A stretch of DNA of 64,000 nucleotides from Candidatus Omnitrophota bacterium (GCA_023247035.1 JAHFHG010000003.1:15081-79080), one strand, 5' to 3'; positions 39,263 through 49,734 are shown, counted from the stretch's first letter. A program made the numbers and translations. Notes: generated by a model not told the origin, from the sequence alone.

Positions 39263-40025
39263 GGACTTGCGCCAAATGAATGAGCTTGACATCGTGATTC
39301 CGGTTTATAACGAGGGGGAGAATATCATTCCCGTACTGGAACAACTGCATAAGGACGTGACTACGAAGTTTACAGTCTTGATCTGTTATGATCACGATCA
39401 CGACACCACGCTCAAGGCATTAGAGTCTTACAAACCGGATTTTGAAATCAAGTATGTTAAAAATGAAAAAACCGGGCCCCATGGTGCGGTGTTATCGGGA
39501 TTCAAGGCGTCAACCGCAGAAGCTATTCTGGTTTTTCCTGCAGATGATACTTATAATACCGAAATCATCGACCCTCTCATGAACCGGTTCAGGGAAGGTT
39601 ATGATCTGGTTGTGCCAAGCCGATTCATGCGCGGAGGCAAGATGGAGGGCTGCCCCGCTCTGAAGAGTTTTCTCGTAAGACTTTCGGCCTTCTCTCTCTA
39701 CCATTTCGCGCGCCTTCCGGTCCACGATCCCACGAATGGTTTCCGTCTTTTTTCAAGAAAGATTATCAATCAGATCGTGATTGAATCCACCTTGGGCTTT
39801 TCCTTTAGTCTGGAGCTTTTAGTGAAGTGCCACCGGCTGCGTTGGAAGATCGCCGAGATTCCGGCTGCTTGGTATGAGCGAAGAAAGGGGAAGAGCCGCT
39901 TTCGAATTGCGAAATGGCTTTTTGAATATCTCCGCTGGTATTTCTACGCATTTGCCACCCACTTCCTCAAAAGAGGGCCTGAGACCGTGCCTTTGCGTCG
40001 TGAGAAAGTGCTGAATTTAAATTAA
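39252..40025 (+). CDS. GT2 polyprenol-phosphate glycosyltransferase (Dpm1/ArnC-like; alt start 39276)
   Basis: IVIPVYNEGENI, PADD, SRFMRGG, DPTNGFRLF, ERRKGKSRF. Confidence 0.85.
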   Translation: MPIKDLRQMNELDIVIPVYNEGENIIPVLEQLHKDVTTKFTVLICYDHDHDTTLKALESYKPDFEIKYVKNEKTGPHGAVLSGFKASTAEAILVFPADDTYNTEIIDPLMNRFREGYDLVVPSRFMRGGKMEGCPALKSFLVRLSAFSLYHFARLPVHDPTNGFRLFSRKIINQIVIESTLGFSFSLELLVKCHRLRWKIAEIPAAWYERRKGKSRFRIAKWLFEYLRWYFYAFATHFLKRGPETVPLRREKVLNLN

Positions 40026-40027
40026 AT

Positions 40028-41032
40028 ATGGCTAAATCCTACTTGGTAACAGGCGGTGCCGGGTTTATCGGAGCAGTTTTTGTAAAACGGCTTCTTCGGG
40101 AAGGCAATACCGTCAGAGTTTTAGATAACTATTCGCGGGCTTCATCAACGCGACTAGCGGATATTCAGCATGAATGCGAAATTACTGCGGGGGATATTCG
40201 TAATCCATCGACGGTCATGGAGTGTGTAAAAGGCGTTGATTGTGTATGCCATCTGGCAGCGATCAATGGCACAGAAAATTTTTATACGAAACCGAATGAA
40301 GTTTTGGATGTGGGAGTAAGGGGGATCCTGAATGTCATCGAAGCCTGTTTAAAACAAGGGGTCAAAGAATTAATGGTTGCCTCCACCTCAGAAGTTTATC
40401 AAACACCCAGTTTCATTCCCACGGATGAGAAAGTCCCGCTGACCATCCCCGATCCCTTCAACCCCCGTTACTCCTATGCGGCGAGCAAGATGATTAGCGA
40501 AATAATCGCGATTAATTGCGGCCGCGAATATTTTGACCGGGTGATCATTTTCCGGCCTCACAATGTTTATGGTCCCGATATGGGATGGGAACATGTTATT
40601 CCCCAGTTTGCGGTTCGCCTGAAAAAGTTAGCTGAAAATGTGGCGGGAACTGTCCGCTTTCCGGTTTTGGGATCCGGCCGAGAAACCCGGGCTTTTGTTT
40701 TTATCGAGGATTTTATTGAGGGGTTAATGCTTCTTGCGAAACATGGCAAAAAAGGTGTAGAAATATACAATATCGGTACCACCGAAGAAGTAGCCATAGA
40801 GCAGCTCGCAAATAGGGCCGGGAAATTTTTCGGAAAAAAGATTGTAATCGTACCCGGGAAAACCCCGGAGGGTTCGACTCTCCGGCGGTGTCCGGACATT
40901 TCCAAAATTTCAGCATTGGGTTATAAACCGAAATATTTGCTCGAAAAAGGATTGCCTCTCACCTTAAGCTGGTATGAGGAGCATATGTCTGAAGCCCCTG
41001 GGGTCTTAACGGGCAGTCGTGGATCACGATGA
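40028..41032 (+). CDS. NAD-dependent epimerase/dehydratase (UDP-GlcA decarboxylase-like)
   Basis: TGGAGFIG, HLAA, ASTSEVY, YAASK, NVYGP, RRCPDI. Confidence 0.88.
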   Translation: MAKSYLVTGGAGFIGAVFVKRLLREGNTVRVLDNYSRASSTRLADIQHECEITAGDIRNPSTVMECVKGVDCVCHLAAINGTENFYTKPNEVLDVGVRGILNVIEACLKQGVKELMVASTSEVYQTPSFIPTDEKVPLTIPDPFNPRYSYAASKMISEIIAINCGREYFDRVIIFRPHNVYGPDMGWEHVIPQFAVRLKKLAENVAGTVRFPVLGSGRETRAFVFIEDFIEGLMLLAKHGKKGVEIYNIGTTEEVAIEQLANRAGKFFGKKIVIVPGKTPEGSTLRRCPDISKISALGYKPKYLLEKGLPLTLSWYEEHMSEAPGVLTGSRGSR

Positions 41033-42291
41033 AGAGTGATATTCCTTTCACATTCGGAACCGGGACAAGCATCATTGTTAAACGATGCCAAATTTGCGAT
41101 TCGCCTGATTTGGAGTCTATTCTCTTTTTGGGTTATTTACCTCCGGTGAATAGGATGCATTTTATCGGCGAACGGCCGCAAGAGGAGACAACGTATCCTG
41201 CCGAATTGCTTTATTGCCATCACTGCCGCCTGGTGCAATTAGGTTTGATCGTTGATGCTAAAGTGTTATTCCCATTTTCCTATCCTTACACAAGCAGCAC
41301 AACCAAAATTCTTCGGGAGAACTTTGCAGAACTGTATGAAGAGGCCAAGTCCTTGATTCCTCTCGGGCCCAACGATCTTATTGTTGACATCGGATCCAAT
41401 GACGGCAATTTATTAAGCAATTTCCGAGATCGCCATAGGGTCTTGGGCGTTACTCCGGAGGAGATAGGAAAAATTGCTATCGAGCGCGGGATTCCAACCC
41501 TCCTGGATTATTTGAGCGATAGGGTCGTCGACCAGATTCTTCGAGAGGATGGGCAAGCAAAACTGGTGACTGCTACGAATGTTTTTGCTCACATCGAGAA
41601 CATCAATGATGCCACAGAACTCATTTTAAGACTTTTATCCCCGGAGGGGGTTTTTATCTCCGAATCCCATTATCTAAAAGCGCTCATTGAGACCTTGCAG
41701 TATGACGCCATTTATCATGAGCATCTGCGTTATTACTCCTTGCATAGTTTAGTCTATTTATTCGAACAGCGCGGCTTGGAAGTTTTTCACGCAAAGCCCA
41801 TTCCAACTCATGGCGGCTCTATCCGTGTTTATGCGTCCCGAAAGGGTGTTTATCCTGTGCAAGATACCGTGGCAAAGCTGCTGAACGATGAAGAAAATTT
41901 TTTTATGAACCAGAACGGTTTTCATAAATTCCGCAAACGCGTCATCGAGTCCAAGTTTAAACTATTGACAATCTTGCAGGCCATCAAGTCAAAAGGTCAG
42001 AGTATTTATGGGATCAGCGCACCTTCGCGGGCCAGCACCCTCATTCATTATGTGGGCATCGATGACGGGATTCTCGACGGTGTGTGTGAAATAAAAGGCT
42101 CACATAAGATAGGAAAGTATGTTCCAGGAACCCTCATCCCTATTTTCGATGAAGAAAGATTGTTTACAGAATCGCCTGATTTTGCGCTTTTGCTGTCATG
42201 GCATATCGCGGATGAACTCATCCCTAAATTGACCGGAAAAGGATTCAAGGGAAGATTTATCGTCCCTTTACCGGAACCCAGAGTTGTTTGA
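41029..42291 (+). CDS. NDP-sugar C-methyltransferase (TylC3/NovU/TcaB9-like)
   Basis: CQIC...CHHC Zn site, YPYTSS, DIGSNDG, NVFAH, YHEH, HGGSIR, LLSW. Confidence 0.9.
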   Translation: MKSDIPFTFGTGTSIIVKRCQICDSPDLESILFLGYLPPVNRMHFIGERPQEETTYPAELLYCHHCRLVQLGLIVDAKVLFPFSYPYTSSTTKILRENFAELYEEAKSLIPLGPNDLIVDIGSNDGNLLSNFRDRHRVLGVTPEEIGKIAIERGIPTLLDYLSDRVVDQILREDGQAKLVTATNVFAHIENINDATELILRLLSPEGVFISESHYLKALIETLQYDAIYHEHLRYYSLHSLVYLFEQRGLEVFHAKPIPTHGGSIRVYASRKGVYPVQDTVAKLLNDEENFFMNQNGFHKFRKRVIESKFKLLTILQAIKSKGQSIYGISAPSRASTLIHYVGIDDGILDGVCEIKGSHKIGKYVPGTLIPIFDEERLFTESPDFALLLSWHIADELIPKLTGKGFKGRFIVPLPEPRVV

Positions 42292-42387
42292 GCCGACTTA
42301 AATACAAGCTGATTCTGCATTCGATATGAAAACTAAGCAGCCGTCAAGATTGGTTAAAACTTATAATTTTTTCATCTCATCCTCCCT

Positions 42388-43395
42388 ATGAAAATTCTCA
42401 TCACAGGCGGAGGAGGATTTATCGGCAGCAGCCTTGCCTTAGCCCTTGGTTCGACGCACGATATCATTGCTCTGGATCATGGGCGCTGGTATTCTCTGCT
42501 TGAGCGGCGAATGCCTCCTTGCGTCTCGCTCGTGCGCGGCGATGTGAGCGACGCCGCTTTGCTGGATACGTTGCTGCCTGGCGTCAATATTATTGTTCAC
42601 CTTGCGGGAGTGGTCGGAGAAAGCAGGTGCAAGAACGATCCCGTGAAGGCTGTGATGTCGAACGTTTTGGGCACGCATATTCTTTTAGAACGCGCCCGCC
42701 GCCACGGCATCAAATTGTTTCTTTTTGGTTCGTCCTACTGGGTTTATTCCTTTTATGATGATCGTCCGATGCCGCTCACGGAATCAGACGAACTCCGAAC
42801 GGACAGTTTTTACGGTGCCCTGAAGGCCAGCTCGGAACGCGAGATTCAAGATTCTGCTCTCCCTTATATTATTGTCCGGCTTGCCAATGTGTACGGTTAC
42901 GGAACCGGAGTCGGCTCGTTGTGGCGGGCTCTTGTTGGAAAATTTATCCGCTCAGCCTTTGAAGGCAAACCTTTGACGCTCTACGGCGAGGGCAGCCAGG
43001 GGCTTGAGTTGGTGCATATCGAGGACGTGGTGAATGCACTGCGAGCGCTGATCGAATCAAAGACGGTTCGCAATGAAATCGTGAACATCGGGAGCGGCGG
43101 GGTTCATTCTATTCGTGACATTGCCCATACCGTCCAGCGTCTGGCGGTAACCCATTTGGGCAGCGCGGCGATCGTGCTGCCCGTACCAGCCCCGCCTGGA
43201 AAAATTTGGCCTGACCGCTGGCTTTCCATTGAAAAAATAAAGCAAATTGTCCCCTCATTTCCCCGGGTACCCTTTGAAGATGGGGTTCTGGAGGTCTTGA
43301 AAAAATATCAGGAGTTTCGGCCGGACAGTTGGAATCAGTTAGACCGCAGTGAGGCCGGTGAATTTACTGCGCCTAAACTTTCAGTTAAGGATTAA
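42388..43395 (+). CDS. NAD-dependent epimerase/dehydratase
   Basis: TGGGGFIG, HLAG, YGALK, RLANVYG. Confidence 0.9.
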   Translation: MKILITGGGGFIGSSLALALGSTHDIIALDHGRWYSLLERRMPPCVSLVRGDVSDAALLDTLLPGVNIIVHLAGVVGESRCKNDPVKAVMSNVLGTHILLERARRHGIKLFLFGSSYWVYSFYDDRPMPLTESDELRTDSFYGALKASSEREIQDSALPYIIVRLANVYGYGTGVGSLWRALVGKFIRSAFEGKPLTLYGEGSQGLELVHIEDVVNALRALIESKTVRNEIVNIGSGGVHSIRDIAHTVQRLAVTHLGSAAIVLPVPAPPGKIWPDRWLSIEKIKQIVPSFPRVPFEDGVLEVLKKYQEFRPDSWNQLDRSEAGEFTAPKLSVKD

Positions 43396-43415
43396 GATAA
43401 GGAGGAACTTCGAAA

Positions 43416-44489
43416 ATGCTTGTTACTCTTGCACAAATCGGCTGCGGTTATTGGGGTCCCAATCTTTTAAGGGCTTTTTCAGCTCAAAGTAATTGCCGTG
43501 TTAAATGGGTTGCGGAGCTCAATCAGGAACGCCGCCGTTACGTCGAAGCCAACTACTCAAAGACAAAAACAACGGAGGATTGGGAACGGATTTTATCGGA
43601 TCCGGAAGTCCAAGCCGTTGTGATTGCGACGCCGGCTGCAACTCATTACGAACTTGCCAAGGCTGGGCTCGAGGCCGGCAAACACGTGTTTGTGGAAAAA
43701 CCTTTGGCGATGAACACGCAGGAAGCGGATGAATTGGCGCTCTTGGCCTCTGCAAAAGGCAAGACACTTATGGTGGGCCATACGTTTCTTTATAATCCCG
43801 CCGTGCGCTATATCAAACGAATTATGGACACCGAGGAACTCGGACAGATTTATTACCTTTACAGCCAAAGGTTGAATCTCGGGCAGGTCCGCTCCGATGT
43901 GAATGTTTGGTGGAATTTGGCGCCTCATGATATCAGTATTTTTCTTTACCTGATGAATGGAAGCCTTCCCGCTTCCATATTAGTGCACGGCCAGGGTTAT
44001 ATTCAAAATGGAATCGAAGACGTGGTTTTTGCTACGCTCTCCTGGGCCAATGGAATTATGGCGCATTTGCAGTTGAGCTGGCTAGATCCCAGCAAAGTTC
44101 GCAAGATCACCATTGTAGGCAGCCGCAAAATGATTGTTTATGACGATCTGCATGAAGATAAAATAAAAATTTTGGATAAAGGGATTGACCGTGTTCCAAA
44201 AGCAGGTGAAAGCATGGATTTCGATCATTTCAGCAATTATCAACTTCGCCCCCGGGTAGGGGGCATCTTAATGCCTCGGATTGAGAACGAGGAGCCTTTA
44301 AAACTGGAAGCCGCTCATTTTCTTGAATGCGTTAAGACAGGGATACCCTCTCTAACCGGGCCGGAGCACGCCAGGGCTGTTGTCGCTGTTCTCGAGGCGG
44401 GAGAAAAAGCGCTCCAGCAAAAAGGCGCTGTTTCGTTAATCGCCTCAGAGCTTGTGAAGGTTCATTCCCATAAAGACCTTATCCTATGA
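43416..44489 (+). CDS. Gfo/Idh/MocA sugar dehydrogenase
   Basis: GCGYWGPN, VEKP, LAPHD. Confidence 0.92.
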   Translation: MLVTLAQIGCGYWGPNLLRAFSAQSNCRVKWVAELNQERRRYVEANYSKTKTTEDWERILSDPEVQAVVIATPAATHYELAKAGLEAGKHVFVEKPLAMNTQEADELALLASAKGKTLMVGHTFLYNPAVRYIKRIMDTEELGQIYYLYSQRLNLGQVRSDVNVWWNLAPHDISIFLYLMNGSLPASILVHGQGYIQNGIEDVVFATLSWANGIMAHLQLSWLDPSKVRKITIVGSRKMIVYDDLHEDKIKILDKGIDRVPKAGESMDFDHFSNYQLRPRVGGILMPRIENEEPLKLEAAHFLECVKTGIPSLTGPEHARAVVAVLEAGEKALQQKGAVSLIASELVKVHSHKDLIL

Positions 44490-45589
44490 AACGTATCGCC
44501 GTCGTCGGAGCCGGAGGAAGTCCGGCCATCGGGTTCGAGCGCTCCTTGAGGGCTGCCCCCGAGCCGTTTGCATTGATTGGTTTTGATATCGACCCGTACG
44601 CGCTTCAAAGGGCCGAAACAGATCAGAGGTTTTTGACGCCTCGTCCCAAAGATCCTGATTACTTGCAGGTTATCTCAGGTCTCCTTGAAGAAACGGGGGC
44701 CGATTTATTGCACGTTCAAGTCTCTGCTGAAATGATCGCGATTTCGGGTTTACGGGAACGCCTGCCTTGCAAAACATTCCTGCCGCGTCATGAAACCGTT
44801 CTCATTTGTGAAGACAAGTATAGGTCCTACCTTCGGTGGCAGGAGCAAGGGCTCAAAGTTCCATGGACATTGCTTTTGAGGAACTCTGAAGATCTTCAAA
44901 ATGCGTTTAAAAATTTTGGACCGCGCCTTTGGCTACGTTTTACAAACGGTTCAGCGGGCCGTGGATCTTTTGCGACGAGCAATTTTGAAGAGGCCAAGTG
45001 GTGGATTGATTACTCCAAAGGCTGGGAAAAGTTTACCGCAAGTGAATGTTTGGAACGTGAAACCGTGACGTGGCAATCCATCTGGAAAGAAGGGGAATTG
45101 ATAGTCGCTCAGGGCCGTAAGCGTCTTTTTTGGGAATTCGGAAGCCGCGCCCCTTCCGGAGTGACCGGAATCACAGGCGCTGGTGTGACGTGCAGCGACC
45201 CGCAGGTGGATGAAATCTCGATGCGGGCGATTTTGAGCATTGACCCAAAACCCCAGGGCATCTTTGGCGTCGACCTTACTTACGATCGAAACGGAATACC
45301 CAACCCAACGGAAATTAATATCGGCCGTTTTTTCACAACCCATCAATTTTTTACCGTAGCAGGTTTAAATATGCCTTATATCTTTGTTCAGTGCGCTTTA
45401 AATGGCCCCTTACCTAAGTTTCTCCGGAAAGTTAATCCTCTGCCTCCCGGTTTGGTCTGGATCCGAGGGATGGATACTCAACCCATTTTGACAACAGTCG
45501 AAAAAATCAACGAAACGCTCGAGGAACTAAACGGCCGTCGTCAAAGGAAATTAACGAGTAACTTTTCTGAAAAAGAGGGCGCGAAGTGA
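44486..45589 (+). CDS. ATP-grasp carboxylate-amine ligase-like protein
   Basis: ICEDKY, GSAGRG loop, GIFGVDL, PTEINIGRF. Confidence 0.8.
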   Translation: MKRIAVVGAGGSPAIGFERSLRAAPEPFALIGFDIDPYALQRAETDQRFLTPRPKDPDYLQVISGLLEETGADLLHVQVSAEMIAISGLRERLPCKTFLPRHETVLICEDKYRSYLRWQEQGLKVPWTLLLRNSEDLQNAFKNFGPRLWLRFTNGSAGRGSFATSNFEEAKWWIDYSKGWEKFTASECLERETVTWQSIWKEGELIVAQGRKRLFWEFGSRAPSGVTGITGAGVTCSDPQVDEISMRAILSIDPKPQGIFGVDLTYDRNGIPNPTEINIGRFFTTHQFFTVAGLNMPYIFVQCALNGPLPKFLRKVNPLPPGLVWIRGMDTQPILTTVEKINETLEELNGRRQRKLTSNFSEKEGAK

Positions 45590-46704
45590 TCCCACTCGTT
45601 GATTTAAAAGCCCAATATGAATCCCTGCGAGAAGAAATCAATGCGGGCATCCAGTCGGTACTTGATAAGAGCGCCTTCGTTCTCGGAGAAGAAGTGCAAA
45701 AATTCGAGAAGGATTTTGCAGCTTACTGCAGTGGGAAGGTTTGTGTGGGGGTCGGGAATGGTACGGATGCCCTCTATCTTACATTAAAAGCCCTGGGAAT
45801 CGGGCCCGGGGATGAGGTCATCACGGTTTCCCACACTTTTATCGCCACCGCTGAAGCCATTTCGCTTACCGGGGCTCAACCTGTGTTTGTGGATATCCGG
45901 GAAGATACAATGCTGATGAATGCGGACCTTGTTGAAGCTGCTATTACAAAAAAAAGCCGGGCGATTCTTCCTGTCCATCTTTACGGACAGCCGTGTGATA
46001 TGAAATCCCTCTCAGCAATTGCGAAACGTTATAATCTTTGGGTGATTCAAGATGCAGCCCAAGCCCATGGCGCGTTTTGGCAGGGCCAGCCGATTGCCTT
46101 GTTGGGAGATGCAACGTGCTTTAGTTTTTACCCCGGGAAAAATCTGGGCGCTTATGGTGACGGAGGGGCGGTAGTCAGTCAGAATGAAGAATTGATTTCT
46201 AAAATCCGTAAGCTCGCAAATCATGGCCGCGTCACAAAGTATTCTCACGAGCTCGTAGGAGTGAATAGCCGTTTGGATAGCCTGCAAGCGGCTGTTCTGC
46301 GTATTAAATTGCGATATTTAAATCAATGGAATGAAGCCCGCTGCCGGCTTGCGGCCTCTTATCTTGACGCCTTAAAGGAAACGAAGGAAATTTTTTTGCC
46401 TTCTGTTCATAAAGAGGCTTCAAGTGTTTGGCATCTTTTTGTTGTTCGTATCCCAAAACGCGAGGATATAAGAAACCTCATGAAAGAACACAAGATTGAA
46501 ACCGGGATTCATTATCCGGTTCCGGTTCATCAGCAGCCGGCCTATCAGGGGCTCCGGATTCCCAAGGGCAGTCTCCCGGTAACGGAAAAAGCAGCCGCAG
46601 AAGTTCTCAGCTTACCTTTATATCCTGAATTGCTCAAAGAGAACCTTGAAATTGTGGCTCAAACTCTTAAAGAAGTGCTTGAGAGGCTTTTCTCATGGAA
46701 ATAG
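45586..46704 (+). CDS. DegT/DnrJ aminotransferase
   Basis: NGTDAL, VHLYGQ, DAAQAHG, SFYPGKNLG. Confidence 0.93.
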   Translation: MIPLVDLKAQYESLREEINAGIQSVLDKSAFVLGEEVQKFEKDFAAYCSGKVCVGVGNGTDALYLTLKALGIGPGDEVITVSHTFIATAEAISLTGAQPVFVDIREDTMLMNADLVEAAITKKSRAILPVHLYGQPCDMKSLSAIAKRYNLWVIQDAAQAHGAFWQGQPIALLGDATCFSFYPGKNLGAYGDGGAVVSQNEELISKIRKLANHGRVTKYSHELVGVNSRLDSLQAAVLRIKLRYLNQWNEARCRLAASYLDALKETKEIFLPSVHKEASSVWHLFVVRIPKREDIRNLMKEHKIETGIHYPVPVHQQPAYQGLRIPKGSLPVTEKAAAEVLSLPLYPELLKENLEIVAQTLKEVLERLFSWK

Positions 46705-48071
46705 GGTTTGAAAGCATCGGCAATGCGACACTGATTTGTTACGACAAAAAGCCGGTTCTCGTCACAGATCCCTGGCTTACGGGCGGCGCCTACTTTGAAA
46801 GCTGGACGTTGTCCCATGAAATACCCGAAGAACAGATGAAAGCAATTCTATCCAGCGAGTATGTGTGGCTATCTCACGGTCATCCGGATCATCTCAGTTC
46901 TGCCTCCTTGAAACTTCTGAAAGGCAAAAGGATTTTATTGCCGGACCACGTCGGCTCCAGAATCTACGGCGAAATGGAGACGCAAGGGTATGATGTCCAC
47001 CGCCTCAAAGACCGGCAATGGATTAAACTGTCCGACCGAATCCGAATTTTAACAATCGCAGATTACTATCAGGATGCCATCATCCTGATTGATATTAATG
47101 GACGTTTGATTGTGAATACAAACGACGCAGGAGAACTCGGCTGGGGTCCTTTTGTAAGAAAAACGATTAAAAAATACGACATCTCATTTCTTTTGTCTTT
47201 GTCGGGTTTTGGCGACGCGGATATGCTCAACTATTTTGACGAAAGAGGAGAAAGGATCATGCCCATAGGCGCGAAAAGGATTCCATTCGGAAAGACCGTG
47301 GCCCTTTTTGCAGAGGGTTTTGGGGTTAAATATTTTTTGCCGTTCAGTTCCATGCATCAATACCGGAGATCGGATAGCCTTTGGGCCAATCGGTGTGTGA
47401 CCGCACTCTCCGATTATGAGGTTGGATTCGAATCCAAATCCTGTAAAATTTTGCCGGCGTTTATCCGTTACGACTGCCTCAAGGACCAATACCAATGCCT
47501 TAATCCGGCCATGAATCCCATTAAAGTTTTGCCTCCGGAGGAAATCGGTGACTCCTGGGATGATCCGCTTGAGCCGGGAGATTTTGAATTAGTCAAAAAC
47601 TACTTTAAAGCCGTCTCTCATCTTGAGCGGACTCTTGATTTTATTAATGTCCGTGTTGCAGGCAAAGATCACCGGATTGAATTTAACCGTCATAGGTTTG
47701 ACCGGGGAATCACATTCGAAACTCCAAGGAAATCGCTGATGCTGGCTGTCACACATCAAATATTTGATGATTTACTTATCGGAAACTTTATGAAGACGAC
47801 CCTGCATGGAACATGGCGTACGAAGAGCATTTATCCTTATTTTAGTCCCTATGTTCCCAAGTATGCTGATAATGGCAGGGCGAGGACGCGTGAGGAGCTT
47901 GCCGCTTATTTTAAGGAATATCGCAAGCGTGCGTTTCTCGATTACTTCCGCCATAAGATCGAAGAGGGCTCCACCAACATCCTTCGCCCTTTATTTTCTC
48001 GAGATTCTAAAGCCTTTCATGTTGGAAGGATTGTTTACTACAAATATAAACGACTTACCAGCGCTTTATAA
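46695..48071 (+). CDS. Metallo-beta-lactamase-fold protein (CMP-Neu5Ac hydroxylase-like, no Rieske domain)
   Basis: VTDPWLTGGAYFESW, SHGHPDH, NTND, PFSSMH. Confidence 0.7.
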   Translation: MEIGFESIGNATLICYDKKPVLVTDPWLTGGAYFESWTLSHEIPEEQMKAILSSEYVWLSHGHPDHLSSASLKLLKGKRILLPDHVGSRIYGEMETQGYDVHRLKDRQWIKLSDRIRILTIADYYQDAIILIDINGRLIVNTNDAGELGWGPFVRKTIKKYDISFLLSLSGFGDADMLNYFDERGERIMPIGAKRIPFGKTVALFAEGFGVKYFLPFSSMHQYRRSDSLWANRCVTALSDYEVGFESKSCKILPAFIRYDCLKDQYQCLNPAMNPIKVLPPEEIGDSWDDPLEPGDFELVKNYFKAVSHLERTLDFINVRVAGKDHRIEFNRHRFDRGITFETPRKSLMLAVTHQIFDDLLIGNFMKTTLHGTWRTKSIYPYFSPYVPKYADNGRARTREELAAYFKEYRKRAFLDYFRHKIEEGSTNILRPLFSRDSKAFHVGRIVYYKYKRLTSAL

Positions 48072-48186
48072 AAGAAACTTTTGTATCAAGACCCTGAAAT
48101 TGTATTGCAGAAATTTTGTTTTAACTATATATTAAGGCAGCCGATACTAATTTTAGCCTCATTAGCCTCACATCAAAGGAGTCGGG

Positions 48187-49734
48187 ATGAAAGTCGGTTG
48201 TGTTTTTTCACAGGATGATTACGCAAGCAAAGAGAAACCTCTTAAAAATGCGGCAGAAATTCCTTACGGCATTTCCATCATTGCCACCATCCTTAAAGTC
48301 AATCGTCATGATACCCGCCTTTTCGTTTTTTGCCCGGTCTCGCCGGTCGAAGAAATCCTCGAAGGTTATATAAGAACGGAACGCCCGCGTTTATTTTGCC
48401 TTTCGGCGGTTTCATCCCAATTTCTTTATATTGAAAAGGTAGCTCGTATTATCAAAAAAATTGACCCGAGTATTTTTGTCATTTTGGGAGGGCACCACGC
48501 CTCTCTGGCCCCCGAAAATGCCATTCAATCTCCTAACCTGGACGCCATTTGTATTGGAGAAGGGGATTTTGCAATTCAGGAATTAGCCGTCCAAATTGAA
48601 AAAGGGGAAAAGGTCACCCAAATTTCAGGGCTCTGGATTAAGGATAAAACAACGGAATGCATCGAGAAAAACCCTACTCGTCCCTTTCTGCAAGAGCTTG
48701 AAACCCTGCCTTTCATCGACCGCACGATGTGGGAACCCTGGATCCTGTTTCGGGATGAGCAAGCCTCCATCCTCGTCGGCCGGGGCTGCCCTTTTAAATG
48801 CACTTATTGCTCCAATCACGCTATTGCCAAATTGTCGGAAGGAACCTTTGTCCGGTTTCGTCCTCCTCACGATTTAGTCGGGGAAATCAAATATGTGTCG
48901 GAGCAGTATCCTAATCTCAGAAAATTTTATTTGGAAGTAGAGACCATTGGTGCTTATATCACCAAGGCGAAAGAATTATTCCGCGCAATCGCAGATTACA
49001 ATGGCTCTCGAGAAGAAAAATTAACCTTTAGTATGAATCTGGCGGTTCATTCTGCTTTTATGAGAAATAGAGAAGATGTCAGAGAGTTCTTCAGTTATTG
49101 CAGGGACGCGAATGTGGTCAATCTCAATATCGGCCTTGAATCCGGCTCGGAGAGAATGCGTAAGGAGATTCTTCGCCGGCCCCGCTATACGAATAAAGAG
49201 CTGGTTGAATTTGCAGCCATCGCTAAAGAGTTTGGAATCACTATTTCCCTCTATGTCTTAATGGGCCTTCCGACTGAAACCCCGAAGGATTTTGCCGAGA
49301 CTGTTCAAGCGGTGAGGGATATCAATCCGAATGAAGTCTCTTTATCTATTTTTTATCCTTATATAGGCACCGATTTATACAACATTTCAAAGGAATATGC
49401 CCCTGATGTGGATTTAGACCCGCGCGCTGAACGCACCAAAGCTGTTTTGAATATTCCGACCTTCCCCAGATGGCGGATTCGGTTGGAATACGTCCTTTTC
49501 TGGTACAAAGCTTTTAGAGGAAATTGGCCTCTTTTCAAGATATTCAGTTATATGGTGAAGGCCTACATTTCACCTCATGAAAACCTTCAGCGAGCTTACC
49601 GGTTTTTGATTAAGAAAAGCAGGTTCTTGTACCGGTTAAAAAATTTAGTTACGAAAAATTCAGTTACGATTACCGGGAAGTCAGCCGCAATCTTTCATGG
49701 GGAACGTGCCTTGGTCTCAGAAAGACTGGCTTAA
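48187..49734 (+). CDS. B12-binding radical SAM protein
   Basis: GGHHAS, IGEGD, RGCPFKCTYC, GLESGSE, MGLPTET. Confidence 0.92.
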   Translation: MKVGCVFSQDDYASKEKPLKNAAEIPYGISIIATILKVNRHDTRLFVFCPVSPVEEILEGYIRTERPRLFCLSAVSSQFLYIEKVARIIKKIDPSIFVILGGHHASLAPENAIQSPNLDAICIGEGDFAIQELAVQIEKGEKVTQISGLWIKDKTTECIEKNPTRPFLQELETLPFIDRTMWEPWILFRDEQASILVGRGCPFKCTYCSNHAIAKLSEGTFVRFRPPHDLVGEIKYVSEQYPNLRKFYLEVETIGAYITKAKELFRAIADYNGSREEKLTFSMNLAVHSAFMRNREDVREFFSYCRDANVVNLNIGLESGSERMRKEILRRPRYTNKELVEFAAIAKEFGITISLYVLMGLPTETPKDFAETVQAVRDINPNEVSLSIFYPYIGTDLYNISKEYAPDVDLDPRAERTKAVLNIPTFPRWRIRLEYVLFWYKAFRGNWPLFKIFSYMVKAYISPHENLQRAYRFLIKKSRFLYRLKNLVTKNSVTITGKSAAIFHGERALVSERLA

